NCBI RefSeq assembly: GCF_964204645.1
Contig: NC_134035.1
Location: 13,886,686 to 13,950,685 of the forward strand
DNA: 64,000 nt
From: Tubulanus polymorphus
Taxonomy: Eukaryota; Animalia; Nemertea
Direction of reading: 5' to 3'
Positions 21,744-35,210 of this stretch are shown in pieces (positions within the stretch are counted from its first letter, which is position 1; each line of letters begins with the position of its first letter). The notes under the pieces are model-generated. The model saw nothing but the letters and a program-made list of their open reading frames with translations. It did no database searches and was not told the DNA's origin. Both the position numbers and the translations under genes were made by a program.

Positions 21744-24700
21744 ATGCCCGGTGTAAATCTAACTCCGCGTCCGACTCCCAAATTCTATTCACACCAACAA
21801 ACTTTCTCCACAAAAAAGGTAACTTCTTCATTCGACAACAAATCAGGAAATGTCAAATTCATTTTTATTTGAGGTACTTGTTGAACTCTACTAATTGCTT
21901 ATTGAATTATTATTTGACGGGTAAGATTCTATTTTCCAGGATTTCAACAAAATAATTGTGCTCGTTATTAGAAAGAAATTGTATAATTTAATTGCATGCA
22001 GGAAAAGAATACATACAGGAGGCTCTAACTAATTACCAACAGAAACTAGCTGTCATTCCACCCTCACCCTCACCCCCCTCCCCCCACTTGGGTTAACTGA
22101 TATTGTACAATGAATTGTTGTGTTCACACAGGAAAGAGAGCGAGCAGGCGGCGGAACTCCTAGAGATTGTCTACCTCCGAAACCACCCGTGAAGAGTGCG
22201 CCACCTATTAGCCGCATTTATCTACAACGACCGGTATTAAAGGCTCAATTAGTATCATTTTTACCGGAACAACAAACAGGTTTAAATCGTTTAATTTTAA
22301 AAGTGTTGAATTCGATCGTCGAGTGTTTCTTGTTTAAATGTTTCTGTTTCTCATTGTAGGTTGTTTAACTAATTACAATCAACAAAGTGAAGAACTTTAT
22401 TTTGATCAATGTTTTGAAGTTCATTCTAAACTTGGAAGTGGTTCATTCGGAGAAGTAAGTCCTGAAAACAAGTTTTACAGGGCTTAGTGGGTGGCTCCAG
22501 GATGTTCAGGGCGGCTCCATGGTCGAATGCTAAAATTGACTCCAGGCACAGAGGCTTGTTCCAGACAAAGTAGTTTGCTCCAGGCTGTTGGGTTGCTCCA
22601 GTCTATCTAAGGGGTGGCTCCAGTCTCAGAGTGGTTGGCTCCGTACTGATAGTCACATACTGTGTATTGTTGTAGGTGTTTAAAGTCCGCAGTAAAGACG
22701 ATGGTAATTTCTACGCCGTTAAAAGATCACGTGATAAATTCCGCGGTGAATCTGATCGGTACGTCCCGCTTTCATCGTCGCTACGGCAACACGTAACAAT
22801 ACTACACTGCCAAATCTATTAATAATTGTCGATATTTTTAAATTCGGTTTCAGGTGTCGTAAATTGGAGGAAGTCGCGAAACACGAGAAACTGAAAAAGC
22901 ACGAGAATTGTGTGAGATTTTATAAAGCGTGGGAGGAAAGACAACATCTATACATACAGACTGAACTGTGTCAGGCTAGGTAAATATACACTAGTGACAC
23001 CTGGTGTCAGGCTAGGTAAATATACACTACTGACACCTGGTGTCAGGCTAGGTAAATATACACTAGTGACACCTGGTGTCAGGCTAGGTAAATAAACACT
23101 AGTGACACCTGGTGTCAGGCTAGGTAAATATACACTACTGACACCTGGTGTCAGGTCAGGTAAATATACACTACTGACACCTGGTGTCAGGCTAGGTAAA
23201 TATACACTACTGACACCTGGTGTCAGGCTAGGTAAATATACACTAGTGACACCTGGTGTCAGGCTAGGTAAATATACACTACTGACACCTGGTGTCAGGC
23301 TAGGTAAATATACACTAGTGACACCTGGTGTCAGGCTAGGTAAATAAACACTAGTGACACCTGGTGTCAGGCTAGGTTAATATACACTACTGACACCTGG
23401 TGTCAGGCTAGGTAAACATACACTACTGACACCTGGTGTCAGGCTAGGTAAATATACACTAGTGACACCTGGTGTCAGGCTAGGTAAATAAACACTAGTG
23501 ACACCTGGTGTCAGGCTAGGTAAATATACACTACTGACACCTGGTGTCAGGTCAGGTAAATATACACTACTGACACCTGGTGTCAGGCTAGGTAAATATA
23601 CACTACTGACACCTGGTGTCAGGCTAGGTAAATATACACTAGTGACACCTGGTGTCAGGCTAGGTAAATATACACTAGTGACACCTGGTGTCAGGCTAGG
23701 TAAATATACACTACTGACACCTGGTGTCAGGCTAGGTAAATATACACTACTGACACCTGGTGTCAGGCTAGGTAAATATACACTAGTGACACCTGGTGTC
23801 AGGCTAGGTAAATAAACACTAGTGACACCTGGTGTCAGGCTAGGTAAATATACACTACTGACACCTGGTGTCAGGTCAGGTAAATATACACTACTGACAC
23901 CTGGTGTCAGGCTAGGTAAATATACACTACTGACACCTGGTGTCAGGCTAGGTAAATATACACTACTGACACCTGGTGTCAGGCTAGGTAAATATACACT
24001 AGTGACACCTGGTGTCAGGCTAGGTAAATATACACTAGTGACACCTGGTGTCAGGCTAGGTAAATATACACTACTGACACCTGGTGTCAGGCTAGGTAAA
24101 TATACACTAGTGACACCTGGTGTCAGGCTAGGTAAATATACACTAGTGACACCTGGTGTCAGGCTAGGTAAATATACACTACTGACACCTGGTGTCAGGC
24201 TAGGTAAATATACACTACTGACACCTGGTGTCAGGCTAGGTAAATATACACTAGTGACACCTGGTGTCAGGCTAGGTAAATATACACTAGTGACACCTGG
24301 TGTCAGGTCAGGTAAATATACACTACTGACACCTGGTGTCAGGCCAGGTAAATATACACTAGTGGCACCTGGTGTCGGGCTAGGTAATGAATACTGTACT
24401 ACACTTGTGTGTCAGGCCAGATTAATGTCCTACTGCACACTAGTGACACCTGGTGGCTCTTCACCACAGTTGACTGCGGTGTACATCTTTGAGTAGAAAA
24501 ACCACATGATTTGAAATTGGGTAAAATAAATTTGAATATGATTTATGTTACAGTTTAACAGATTATTCCGAGTTACAGCACGACATCAGCGAGAAACTCG
24601 TCTGGAATTATTTAGTAGATTTATTATTAGCCGTTAAACATCTTCACGACCACGACCTGATTCATATGGATATAAAACCTGATAATATATTCATCGGAGA

Positions 24701-27700
24701 GGATGGACTCGCTAAACTAGGTGACTTCGGATTAGTTATAGATATCGTCACGGTAACTACTGTTTCTCATTATTACTGAGTAGCCCAAACTCAGTTTAAA
24801 CCCTAGATTTTAACTGGAAACTGGTTGCTGGTCGCTGGTTGCTGCTGGTTGCTGGTTGCTGGTTGCTGCTGGTCGCTGGTCGCTGGCTGCTGGTCGCTGG
24901 TTTTGTGATTGATTAATAACAATGAGATTTGTTTAATTGTTGTTTCTAGGGAGGAAATATTCAAGAAGCTCAAGATGGTGATTGTAAATACATGGCTCCT
25001 GAATTATTAGAAGGACGAGTTGGGAAAGCTGCTGATATATTCAGGTAATCTACTGAGCTCCCTCTCCTTCCTCTCTCCCTCTCTCATCTCTCCCCTCTCT
25101 TGAACTATTAGAAGGACGAGTTGGGAAAGCTGCTGATATATTCAGGTAATCTACTGAGCTCCCTCTCCTTCCTCTCTCCCTCTCCTCTCTCATCTCTCCC
25201 CTCCCTCCTCTCATCTCTCCCCACCTCCTTCATCTCTCCCCTCCCTCCTGTCTCATCTCTCCCCCTCTTCTGAACTATTAGAATGATGATAGTCAGGTAA
25301 TCTACTGAGCTCCCTCTCCTTCCTCTCTCCCTCTCCTCTCTCATCTCTCCCCTCCCTCCTCTCATCTCTCCCCACCTCCTTCATCTCTCCCCTCCCTCCT
25401 GTCTCATCTCTCCCCCTCTTCTGAACTATTAGAATGATGATAGTCAGGTAATCTACTGAGCTCCCTCTCCTTCCTCTCTCCCTCTCTCATCTCTCCCCTC
25501 TCTTGAACTATTAGAAGGACGAGTTGGGAAAGCTGCTGATATATTCAGGTAATCTACTGAGCTCCCTCTCCTTCCTCTCTCCCTCTCTCATCTCTCCCCT
25601 CTCTTGAACTATTAGAAGGACGAGTTGGGAAAGCTGCTGATATATTCAGGTAATCTACTGAGCTCCCTCTCCTTCCTCTCTCCCTCTCTCATCTCTCCCC
25701 TCTCTTGAACTATTAGAAGGACGAGTTGGGAAAGCTGCTGATATATTCAGGTAATCTACTGAGCTCCCTCTCCTTCCTCTCTCCCTCTCCTCTCTCATCT
25801 CTCCCCTCCCTCCTCTCATCTCTCCCCACCTCCTTCATCTCTCCCCTCCCTCCTGTCTCATCTCTCCCCCTCTTCTGAACTATTAGAATGATGATAGTCA
25901 GGTAATTTACTGAGCTCCCTCTCCTTCCTCTCTCCCCTCCTTTCCCTCCCCTCTCTCCCCTCCCCTCTCCCCCTCTCTGTCTCTCCTTCCCCCTACATCT
26001 CTCCTGTCTCCTTCCTCTCTCCTTTCTCTCCCTCTCCTCTGTCATACAGCCACTCACTGAACAGTGTCTATTTGTACACCAGTCTATTATAAATGAATTG
26101 AAATGAGTTTAATTTGTTGTTATTTGTTTCAGTTTGGGAATCACTATATTAGAATTAGCGTCAGATCTAGATTTACCTCGAGGAGGCGAAGGATGGCATC
26201 AACTTCGCACCAATCAAATTCCAACTCAGTTTCTCAAAGGTAAAAATCTGTGAAACTCTTTTTGATCTACGTTGGTATTTAAAATATACTGCGTTTTGTC
26301 AATCAGTGTTTTCTCAATAATTAATCACTACAGTTAAATTCGCTAATTTGAATTGTAGGTAAATCCAGTGATTTACTGGCTATTATCAGCAGTATGATGA
26401 CAATGGATCCGAACTGTCGACCGTCAGTGAATTCTATATTAGAAAATAACATCATTCAAAAGGTGAGTTTTAACTCGCTTACCACAGTTCACTTCTCTGG
26501 GGTTTTGATATAGTTAATCTGGTGCCCTACTCCCCACCCCACCCTCAGCCTGGACCCTACTCCCCCCATCCTCTGCCTGGACGCTGCTGCCCCCCCATCC
26601 TCAGCCTGGACCTTCCAACCATCCCCACCCTTCCCCCCCATCCCACCCTTCTCCCCTCTCCTAGATACTAAACACTTCACAACTACAAACACCAAACATA
26701 AACTTTCAAAAACTGATCGGCTGCATTTCACAGACTTCATCTACAAACCACCCGAATGGTGAATGTTTCTGAAGAGAGAGGGCGCTACCGGGCTGTGTAG
26801 ATGATTACTGGATCTGTTGTGTAATTGTAGGTTTTAAGAAGGCGACGTTGTCAGATAATCTTCAATAAAACGGTCAGTATTTAACACCATTACTCCTCTC
26901 TATTTGTCTCTCTCTCTCTCTGTCTCTCTCTCCATCTCTTCTTCTGTCTCTCTCTTGATCCAGTAAATATCGGAGGTAATTGAATTATTTTGCAGATGCG
27001 TAAAATGGTAGAAATGTTTCGTTATTTTCTGACTGTTGTCACTAGTTTATGGTTATTAGTGACATATCCTCTGCACTATCTGATACCTGATAAACTATGT
27101 ACTCCAGAAACTATCGATACAACTCATCCTCCGGAATGGGATCACAGTTTCTCCGACGGTAACAAACATACACCGTTAACAACATGATGACTTCACGTTT
27201 GTTATGACTTCACTAACAATGACTGTTTCTATTTTGTAGAAGATATTTGTGGAGTTGATGATTCAATAAATATATCTAATAACTCACTGGGAGTTCCTCT
27301 TGATAGTTCAACGTCTAGTGAACCAGATTTACTGCAACAACAAAATCTTTTTCTAGTTCCCAGGTAACAAAAACTGTACCTCCTCTCACCCTCTACACCT
27401 CTCTCTCCTCTAAACCTCCCTCTCTACACCTCCCTCTCCTCTAAACCTCCTTCTCTACACCTCCCTCTCCTCTACACCTCCCTCTCCTCTACACCTCCCT
27501 CTCTACACCTCCCTCTCTACACCTCCCTCTCCTCAACACCTCCCTCTCTACACCTCCCTCTCCTCTAAACCTCCCTCTCCTCTACACCTCCCTCTCTTCA
27601 CCTCCCTCTCCTCTACACCTCCCTCTCTAAACCTCCCTCTCTACACCTCCCTCTCCTCTACACCTCCCTCTCTAAACCTCCCTCTCCTCTACACCTCCCT

Positions 27701-30044
27701 CTCTACACCTCCCTCTCTACACCTCCCTCTCCTCTACACCTCCCTCTCTAAACCTCCCTCTCCTCTACACCTCCCTCTCTACACCTCCCTCTCCTCTACA
27801 CCTCCCTCTCCTCTACACCTCCCTCTCTAAACCTCCCTCTCCTCTACACCTCCCTCTCTACACCTCCCTCTCTACACCTCCCTCTCCTCTACACCTCCCT
27901 CTCTAAACCTCCCTCTCCTCTACACCTCCCTCTCTACACCTCCCTCTCTACACCTCCCTCTCCTCTACACCTCCCTCTCTTCACCTCCCTCTCTACACCT
28001 CCCTCTCTACACCTCACCCTCTACACCTCCCTCTCCTCTAAACCTCCCTCTCCTCTACACCTCCCTCTCTTCACCTCCCTCTCCTCTACACCTCCCTCTC
28101 TTCACCTCCCTCTCCTCTACACCTCCCTCTCCTCTTCACCTCCCTCTCTACACCTCCCTCTCTACACCTCCCTCTCCTCTACACCTCCCTCTCTAAACCT
28201 CCCTCTCCTCTAAACCTCCCTCTCCTCTAAACCTCCCTCTCCTCTACACCTCCCTCTCTACACCTCCCTCTCCTCTACACCTCCCTCTCTACACCTCCCT
28301 CTCCTCTACACCTCCCTCTCTAAACCTCCCTCTCCTCTACACCTCCCTCTCTACACCTCCCTCTCTCTCTACACCTCCCTCTCCTCTACACCTCCCTCTC
28401 TACACCTCCCTCTCCTCTACACCTCCCTCTCCTCTACACCTCCCTCTCTACACCTCCCTCTCCTCTACACCTCCCTCTCTACACCTCCCTCTCTACACCT
28501 CCCTCTCTACACCTCCCTCTCCTCTACACCTCCCTCTCCTCTACACCTCCCTCTCCTCTACACCTCCCTCTCTACACCTCCCTCTCCTCTACACCTCCCT
28601 CTCTACACCTCCCTCTCTACACCTCCCTCTCTTCACCTCCCTCTCCTCTACACCTCCCTCTCCTCTTCACCTCCCTCTCTAAACCTCCCTCTCCTCTACA
28701 CCTCCCTCTCTACACCTCCCTCTCCTCTACACCTCCCTCTCTAAACCTCCCTCTCCTCTAAACCTCCCTCTCCTCTACACCTCCCTCTCTACACCTCCCT
28801 CTCCTCTACACCTCCCTCTCTACACCTCCCTCTCCTCTACACCTCCCTCTCTAAACCTCCCTCTCCTCTACACCTCCCTCTCCTCTACACCTCCCTCTCT
28901 ACACCTCCCTCTCCTCTACACCTCCCTCTCTACACCTCCCTCTCCTCTACACCTCCCTCTCTACACCTCCCTCTCTCTCTACACCTCCCTCTCTACACCT
29001 CCCTCTCCTCTACACCTCCCTCTCTACACCTCCCTCTCCTCTACACCTCCCTCTCCTCTACACCTCCCTCTCTACACCTCCCTCTCCTCTACACCTCCCT
29101 CTCCTCTAAACCTCCTCTACACCTCTCTCTCCTCTACACCTCCCTCTCCTCTACACCTCCCTCTCTACACCTCCCTCTCTCCTTATTTTCCTCTCTATCA
29201 GTACCCTCTCCAACAAAAGTTGTGTAATCACTTACCGGTAACTCTCTCCATCTCCTCACTCCTCTCTCTTTTTCCCTCCTCTCCTCACTCCCTTTCTCCT
29301 CTCTCCTCTGTTCTCTCTCCTCTCTCCCCTCTCTCTCTCCCTCTTCTCTCTCCTCCCTCTCTCTCCTCTCTCCCTCTCCCTCTCTCCTCACTCCATCTCT
29401 CCTTACTCCCTCCCTCTGTCTCCCTTTCTCTCCATCTCTCCTCACTCCCTCTCCCTCTCTCCTCTTTCCCTTTCTCATCTCTCTTATTTTTATTTCAGTA
29501 TTCCCCCTGTTAGATGTTACACTACTCCTGGTTTATTATGTTTCAGTATTCCACCTGTTAGATGTTACACTACTCCCGGTTTATTGCGACACAAACCAAA
29601 ATTATTTACCCCAAAAAATTCTTCTCCAATCCGGTGAGTAAAATATCACTCTCTCACTACGCCGTACAACAATATATCTCCGGTTGCTAAGTGATTTCGA
29701 TTTATTCTTCCTCAGTTCGGTTGATTTAAGCGATTCATCGTGGAACGCTAGTTACGACTCTCCTAACAATAGTTTCCACGACGACGAAGAATACGACTTC
29801 AAAATGAAAACGAACATCGGACCAAAAAATCTGATCAAGGTAAAGATGGCCGACTCTCTGAATCTCCCTATGACATCATCAGATTACATCATCCTATTTG
29901 TTTTATATCGGAGCCTATCTGATGATGTCATAGGGGTATTTATCGTAGTGTAGAGCGTTATATTGTTGTGATTGTTGCTAAGGGTAACTATGTATTGTTT
30001 ATATTCGATAGGTTTTTGAAGAAGCGTCGACTGAAGAGGATTAA
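21744..30044 (+). CDS. PKMYT1: Membrane-associated Tyr/Thr CDK1-inhibitory kinase Myt1, ~15 exons
   Basis: [113 protein letters not shown], hydrophobic membrane segment, C-terminal [11 protein letters not shown]. Confidence 0.95.
22968..24390. repeat. 36-bp minisatellite (~39 copies) whose unit is GTAAATATACACTA(G/C)TGACACCTGGTGTCAGGCTAG, spanning a PKMYT1 donor
   Basis: The exon ends TGTCAGGCTAG|GTAAAT at 22979/22980 and every unit repeats this; internal palindrome TGACACC-T-GGTGTCA. Confidence 0.97.
25001..25930. repeat. Compound repeat duplicating a PKMYT1 exon 3' end and donor, interspersed with CT-rich tracts
   Basis: 'tattagaaggacgagttgggaaagctgctgatatattcaggtaatctactgagc' at ~25005 (real), 25106, 25509, 25610, 25711; shortened variants at ~25272, 25423, 25877. 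Confidence 0.92.
27377..29200. repeat. ~1.8 kb G-free C/T-rich low-complexity satellite (CCTCCCTCT[CCT]CTACA)n in a PKMYT1 intron
   Basis: No G seen on the + strand between 27376 and 29201. Confidence 0.9.
29492..29587. repeat. Tandem duplication of a PKMYT1 acceptor and exon start
   Basis: tttcag|tattcc(c/a)cctgttagatgttacactactcc(t/c)ggtttatt present twice. Confidence 0.9.
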
Positions 30045-30319
30045 AGAGGAAAGGGAGGAGGAATCTCTGTATTCATACATAATATATCTAGTCACCCCCT
30101 CTACCTACTCTCCCCCTTGTCTTAGATAATCCCCTCGTACTAGTTCTAGCTGTAGTTCATAGATGGAGCTAGCGTTATATGCTGTTGTATTCATTCCATT
30201 ACATTTTGTATATTTTGTATAAAATAAAAATTGAATAGAAATGAATTGACGTCTGATCTCTTTATCTGGAGGAATAATGTTCGGAGACAATCTGCAAGTT
30301 CTTCCAGGACCGGACACTG

Positions 30320-30970
30320 ACCAGTCTGAGGAATATGATATTGACCTTGAGAGCAGTCTGAGGAATATGATACTGACCTTGGGAGCAGTCTGAGGAATAT
30401 GACACTGACCTTGAGAGCAGTCTGAGGAATATGATCCTGACCTTGGGAGCAGTCTGAGGAATATGATCCTGACCTTGAGAGCAGTCTGAGGAATATGATC
30501 CTGACCTTGGGAGCAGTCTGAGGAATATGATACTGACCTTGGGAGCAGTCTGAGGAATATGATCCTGACCTTGAGAGCAGTCTGAGGAATATGATCCTGA
30601 CCTTGGGAGCAGTGTGAGGAATATGATACTGACCTTGGGAGCAGTCTGAGGAATATGATACTGACCTTGAGAGCAGTCTGAGGAATATGATCCTGACGTT
30701 GAGAGCAGTCTGAAGAATATGATCCTGACCTTGGGAGCAGTGTGAGGAATATGATACTGACCTTGGGAGCAGTCTGAGGAATATGATACTGACCTTGAGA
30801 GCAGTCTGAGGAATATGATCCTGACGTTGAGAGCAGTCTGAAGAATATGACCCTGACCTTGGGAGCAGTCTGAGGAATATCATACTGACCTTGGGAGCAG
30901 TCTGAGGAATATGATACTGACCTTGGGAGCAGTCTGAGGAATATGATACTGGGCTCAGGAGCAGTCTGAG
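30320..30970. repeat. 32-bp minisatellite (GAGCAGTCTGAGGAATATGATACTGACCTTGR)
   Basis: ~20 tandem copies downstream of the PKMYT1 stop. Confidence 0.95.
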
Positions 30971-31650
30971 GGCGAGACGCCCGGCTGGATTCAGAGTTGT
31001 GGGGCGAGACGCCCGGCTGGATTCAGAGTTGTGGGGCGAGGCGCCTGGCTGGATTCAGAGTTGTGGGGCGAGACGCCCGGCTGGATTCAGAGTTGTGGGG
31101 CGAGACGCCCGGCTGGATTCAGAGTTGTGGGGCGAGGCGCCTGGCTGGATTCAGAGTTGTGGGGCGAGACGCCCGGCTGGATTCAGAGTTGTGGGGCGAG
31201 ACACCCGGCTGGATTCAGAGTTGTGGGGCGAGGCGACCGGCTGGATTCAGAGTTGTGGGGCGAGGCGCCCGGCTGAATTCAGAGTTGTGGGGCGAGGCGA
31301 CCGGCTGGATTCAGAGTTGTGGAGACGCCCGGCTGGATTCAGAGTTGTAGGGCGAGGCGCCCGGCTGGAATCAGAGTTGTGGGGCGAGGTGCCCGGCAGG
31401 ATTCAGAGTTGTGGGGTGAGGCGCCCAGCTGGATTCAGAGTTGTAGGGCGAGGCGACCGGCTAGATTCAGAGTTGTGGGGCGAGGTGCCCGGCTGGATTC
31501 AGAGTTGTGGGGCGAGGTGCCCGGCTGAATTCAGAGTTGTGGGGCGAGGCGACCGGCTGGATTCAGAGTTGTAGGGCGAGGCGCCTGGCTGGATTCAGAG
31601 TTGTGGAGACGCCCGGCTGGATTCAGAGTTGTGGGGCGAGGCGCCCGGCT
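30970..31650. repeat. ~33-bp GC-rich minisatellite (GGGGCGAGRCGCCCGGCTGGATTCAGAGTTGT) abutting the previous array
   Basis: ~20 tandem copies. Confidence 0.95.
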
Positions 31651-31907
31651 GTTCTTTTCCATCAAATTCAAAATCAAAGAAGCCAAAATTCTTAACACAG
31701 AAATCTAAATTTATATAAATTTATTGCAACAAATATTTATTCATTCTTTGATTCATTATGCCAATACAAAATACTGTTATAATACATTGATAAACAATTA
31801 ATTAGTTCAATTAGTTTTAGTTAATTAGATAATCTAAGTACAGAATGCTTTAACTCACAATGGAAAGCTGTTTGCGCTGTGGTTTGAACGGAATAAATAC
31901 AATATAC

Positions 31908-32480
31908 ATATAGTGTATACAGTGTATACAGTGTACACAGTGTATACAGTGTACACAGTGTACACAACTATACATACAGTGTACACAGTGTACACAACTA
32001 TACATACAGTGTATACAGTGTACACAGTGTATACAGTGTACACAGTGTACACAGTGTATACAGTGTACACAACTACACATACAGTGTATACAGTGTACAC
32101 AGTGTATACAGTGTACACAGTGTACACAGTGTACACAACTACACATACAGTGTATACAGTGTACACAACTACACATACAGTGTATACAGTGTACACAGTG
32201 TATACAGTGTACACAGTGTACACAGTGTACACAACTACACATACAGTGTATACAGTGTACACAGTGTACACAGTGTATACAGTGTACACAGTGTACACAA
32301 CTACACATACAGTGTATACAGTGTACACAGTGTATACAGTGTACACAGTGTATACAGTGTACACAGTGTATACAGTGTACACAACTACACATACAGTGTA
32401 CACAGTGTATACAGTGTACATAACTACACATACAGTGTACACTGTGTACACAGTGTATACAGTGTACATAACTACACATT
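31908..32480. repeat. 9-bp satellite (ACAGTGTAY)n
   Basis: Direct repeats with periodic 'caactacacat' interruptions. Confidence 0.95.
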
Positions 32481-32589
32481 CTACATTCATAAATGCATGA
32501 AGTTAAAATCACTAAAGGGTTAATGTCATAATTAATTAATATATTCATACACGGCGTAGATTTTAATAAACACTAAAAATATACATTCC

Positions 32590-32738
32590 CAGAGTGGTCA
32601 AAACAACCCCTCCTCCTAGAGTGGTCAAAACGACTCCCCCTCCTAGAGTGGTCAAAACAACCCCTCCTCCTAGAGTGGTCAAAACGACTCCCCCTCCTAG
32701 AATGGTCAAAACAACCCCTCCTCCTAGAGTGGTCAAAC
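32590..32738. repeat. 27-bp tandem repeat (x5)
   Basis: agagtggtcaaaacaacccctcctcct. Confidence 0.9.
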
Positions 32739-32937
32739 TTCTCCCCATGCCGGAGTGGTATAACTGTTATTATCTCCCCTTCCCAGTGATACAATGAGTG
32801 GTTTCATGCTATAAAAACAGTTCATATCGTCTAAAACTCTTAGCTTCAAAAATGGACACAATTAAGGAAAATTATTTATCAATTTTGGCGAAAGTTTAAA
32901 AGTAAAAACGTCCCGCGCAGGAGACTGAGAGTGAATT

Positions 32938-35210
32938 CTAAATGTGTTGAGTTTCAGTGTTATAACGGCTGTGATTGTTAGTGATCGATATCGGACACAA
33001 TCTCCACGCGTTTAACATTATCACGCACACCTGCGAACACTTCTTAAACACTTCAATAATCGGTATACAAACCGTTCCCATAGCGACCATAACGTTATAA
33101 CAAACCATCAAACATGGCTGAAGACAACCGTTAAAACAAACCGTTAAAATCGGCTTCAACAGATAATCGGCGAGAGAATTCAATATTCCGTAAATTAACG
33201 GATAAACGATACTTCGAAGGATGAATTTGATGAATTCGACGATGAAAACGATGATGACGGAGACGATCAGATGAAAAACGGCGAAACATTCGCGAAATCC
33301 TCGTTTCACGTGTGGAATCAACCTATAATAAAACAACAGCAGCAGCAGCGTTAGAGCACTGATTATCACTGATTATCACTGCACAGATTATCACTGCACA
33401 GATTATCACTGCACAGATTATCACTGCACAGATTATCACTGCACAGATTATCAGAAATAGAACTGGATTATGTATGATATTTGTAATACTTACTTCTGAC
33501 TGATTTTTTCCATTTTGATATTTGAATGATCTTCAATCGCGTATAAATATTCTTTCTTCTCTTCAGCGAAATAATAAACATAACTTTCATTTCTGTAACA
33601 GACATGGTCGTTATTAGTTACAACATTGAACAGGTTTGGGTACGGGCCAGCAGCCCGCGGGCACGGAGGAATCTGATTGGATACTTACTGATGTCGTTGT
33701 AATTGATGATGTAATTGATGTCTCGGTGATTCGGGCCACGGACTCTCGTAGTGAGGTTGTACGTCAGTAACCGTAGCGACGTGAGGAGCGGCCGGAGGGC
33801 TCGTTGCCGTGGAGCTGAATGAAACTGCTGCTGCGTCGTCCTGTGAGGCTGAATTACTCTATAATTACAGCATAGAGATACTAACATTAGTTACAGAACC
33901 ACCACAGCGCCCCCTAACCATCCCTCTAGGATAGCTGTGACCTTAACTACTCACCTTTTTCGGTGTTTTTTGTTTTGATTTAAATTTATCACGCCAGTTC
34001 GATGATGACTTCTCTTCTGCAAAACATAAATAAACCATAAAACAAGTTCGACAGTTCCACAATATCCACAGTTTCCACACATGAAGTTTTATTCACAGAA
34101 ATTCAATTCACCTTTTTTCTCGGTGTTTTTGATTTGATTTGCTCTGTGCATGTTATCGCGCAGCTGAGCGAGTGTTTGTTCCTCGGCCTCCGAGTCGTCC
34201 CACGATCCTAAACCTACAACGCAACAATACAACCATTATACACCGTTACCATAGTTACCACCACCACCACCGATATAGTGACGGAATAGTTACCTGGGTC
34301 GTAAGTGGTACCTTTGCGATGTTTGCCCGGGGGATCTGTATATACGGGTTGAGGAGTGTTACGAGCCTCTAAAATTAGACAATACTCATCATTTCTATGG
34401 TAATAGTTGCTAGGCGCTATAGAAACGGTTGTTTACGTACCGGTTATTGCCGAACTGAAATCGTACGGAGGAGGATGCCCTGGCGAGTGAGTAGGAGATG
34501 AAACTCGAGGTCGCGGAGTCGGACGTTCTTCGTCGCTATAACGCTGCCCCCTGGTGTCGTTAAACGTAACCGCGTTCATCGATCGTGGAACTGATTTCAC
34601 GGTCGAAGGACTGCTCCGACTGCTGCTACCTCTACTGCCCCCTAGTGGCTCGTCGTTGAATCGCGTTCGCGATCCATTCAGTAGTTTTTCAGAGTGATTT
34701 TTCGACGGGGCTGAAAATATAAAAACATTTGCGTCACAATCAACAGTTGTCCACCCATCCCTCTCGGCACTCCCCCTCCCCTCCCTCTCTCCCTCTCCCC
34801 TCCCTCTCTCCCCTCCCCTCCCTCTCCCCTCCCTCTTGGCACTCCCCCTCCCCTCCCTCTCTCCTCCCTCTCGACACTCCCCCTCCCCTCCCCCTCCCCT
34901 CCCTCTCCCCCTCCCCTCCCTCTCCCCCTCCCCTCCCTCTCTCCCTCTCCCTCTCTCCTCTCTGCTATCAGTATCAGCACTCCCTTCTCCCTTCCCTCTC
35001 CCCTTCCTCCATTCTCTTACCACCATTAATGTTGTTCGTTGTATTTGATGATGATTTTTTCTGTTTTGTCGTTGATGTGAATTCATCGTCTGAATCGAAC
35101 TCTATTTTCGGCGCTGTATCGCCCTTAGTAACGCGTGTACTGTCACCGGTGGCGACGCGAGGAGTTATAGCTTCAGCAGTCGTCTCGTCCCAATCTGATT
35201 CACTCTCCAT
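32938..35210 (-). CDS. Uncharacterised multi-exon protein: disordered S/R/P-rich N-terminus and long hydrophobic, Cys-containing C-terminal domain
   Basis: ORF segments MESESDWDETT..., APSKNHSEKLLNGSRTRF..., VIQPHRTTQQQF..., RLIPHVKRGFRECFAVFHLIVSVIIVFIVEFIKFILRSIVYP...AWRLCPISIT*, bounded by GT-AG sites. Confidence 0.7.

Noticed and set aside
22968-24390. CRISPR-like array (36-bp palindromic repeats)
   Set aside because: Units are directly adjacent with no unique spacers, there are no cas genes, and the context is a eukaryotic intron.
31850-32548. His/Cys-rich metallothionein-like ORF (HCVHCI)n
   Set aside because: Translation of a 9-bp satellite that is open on both strands, with no gene context.
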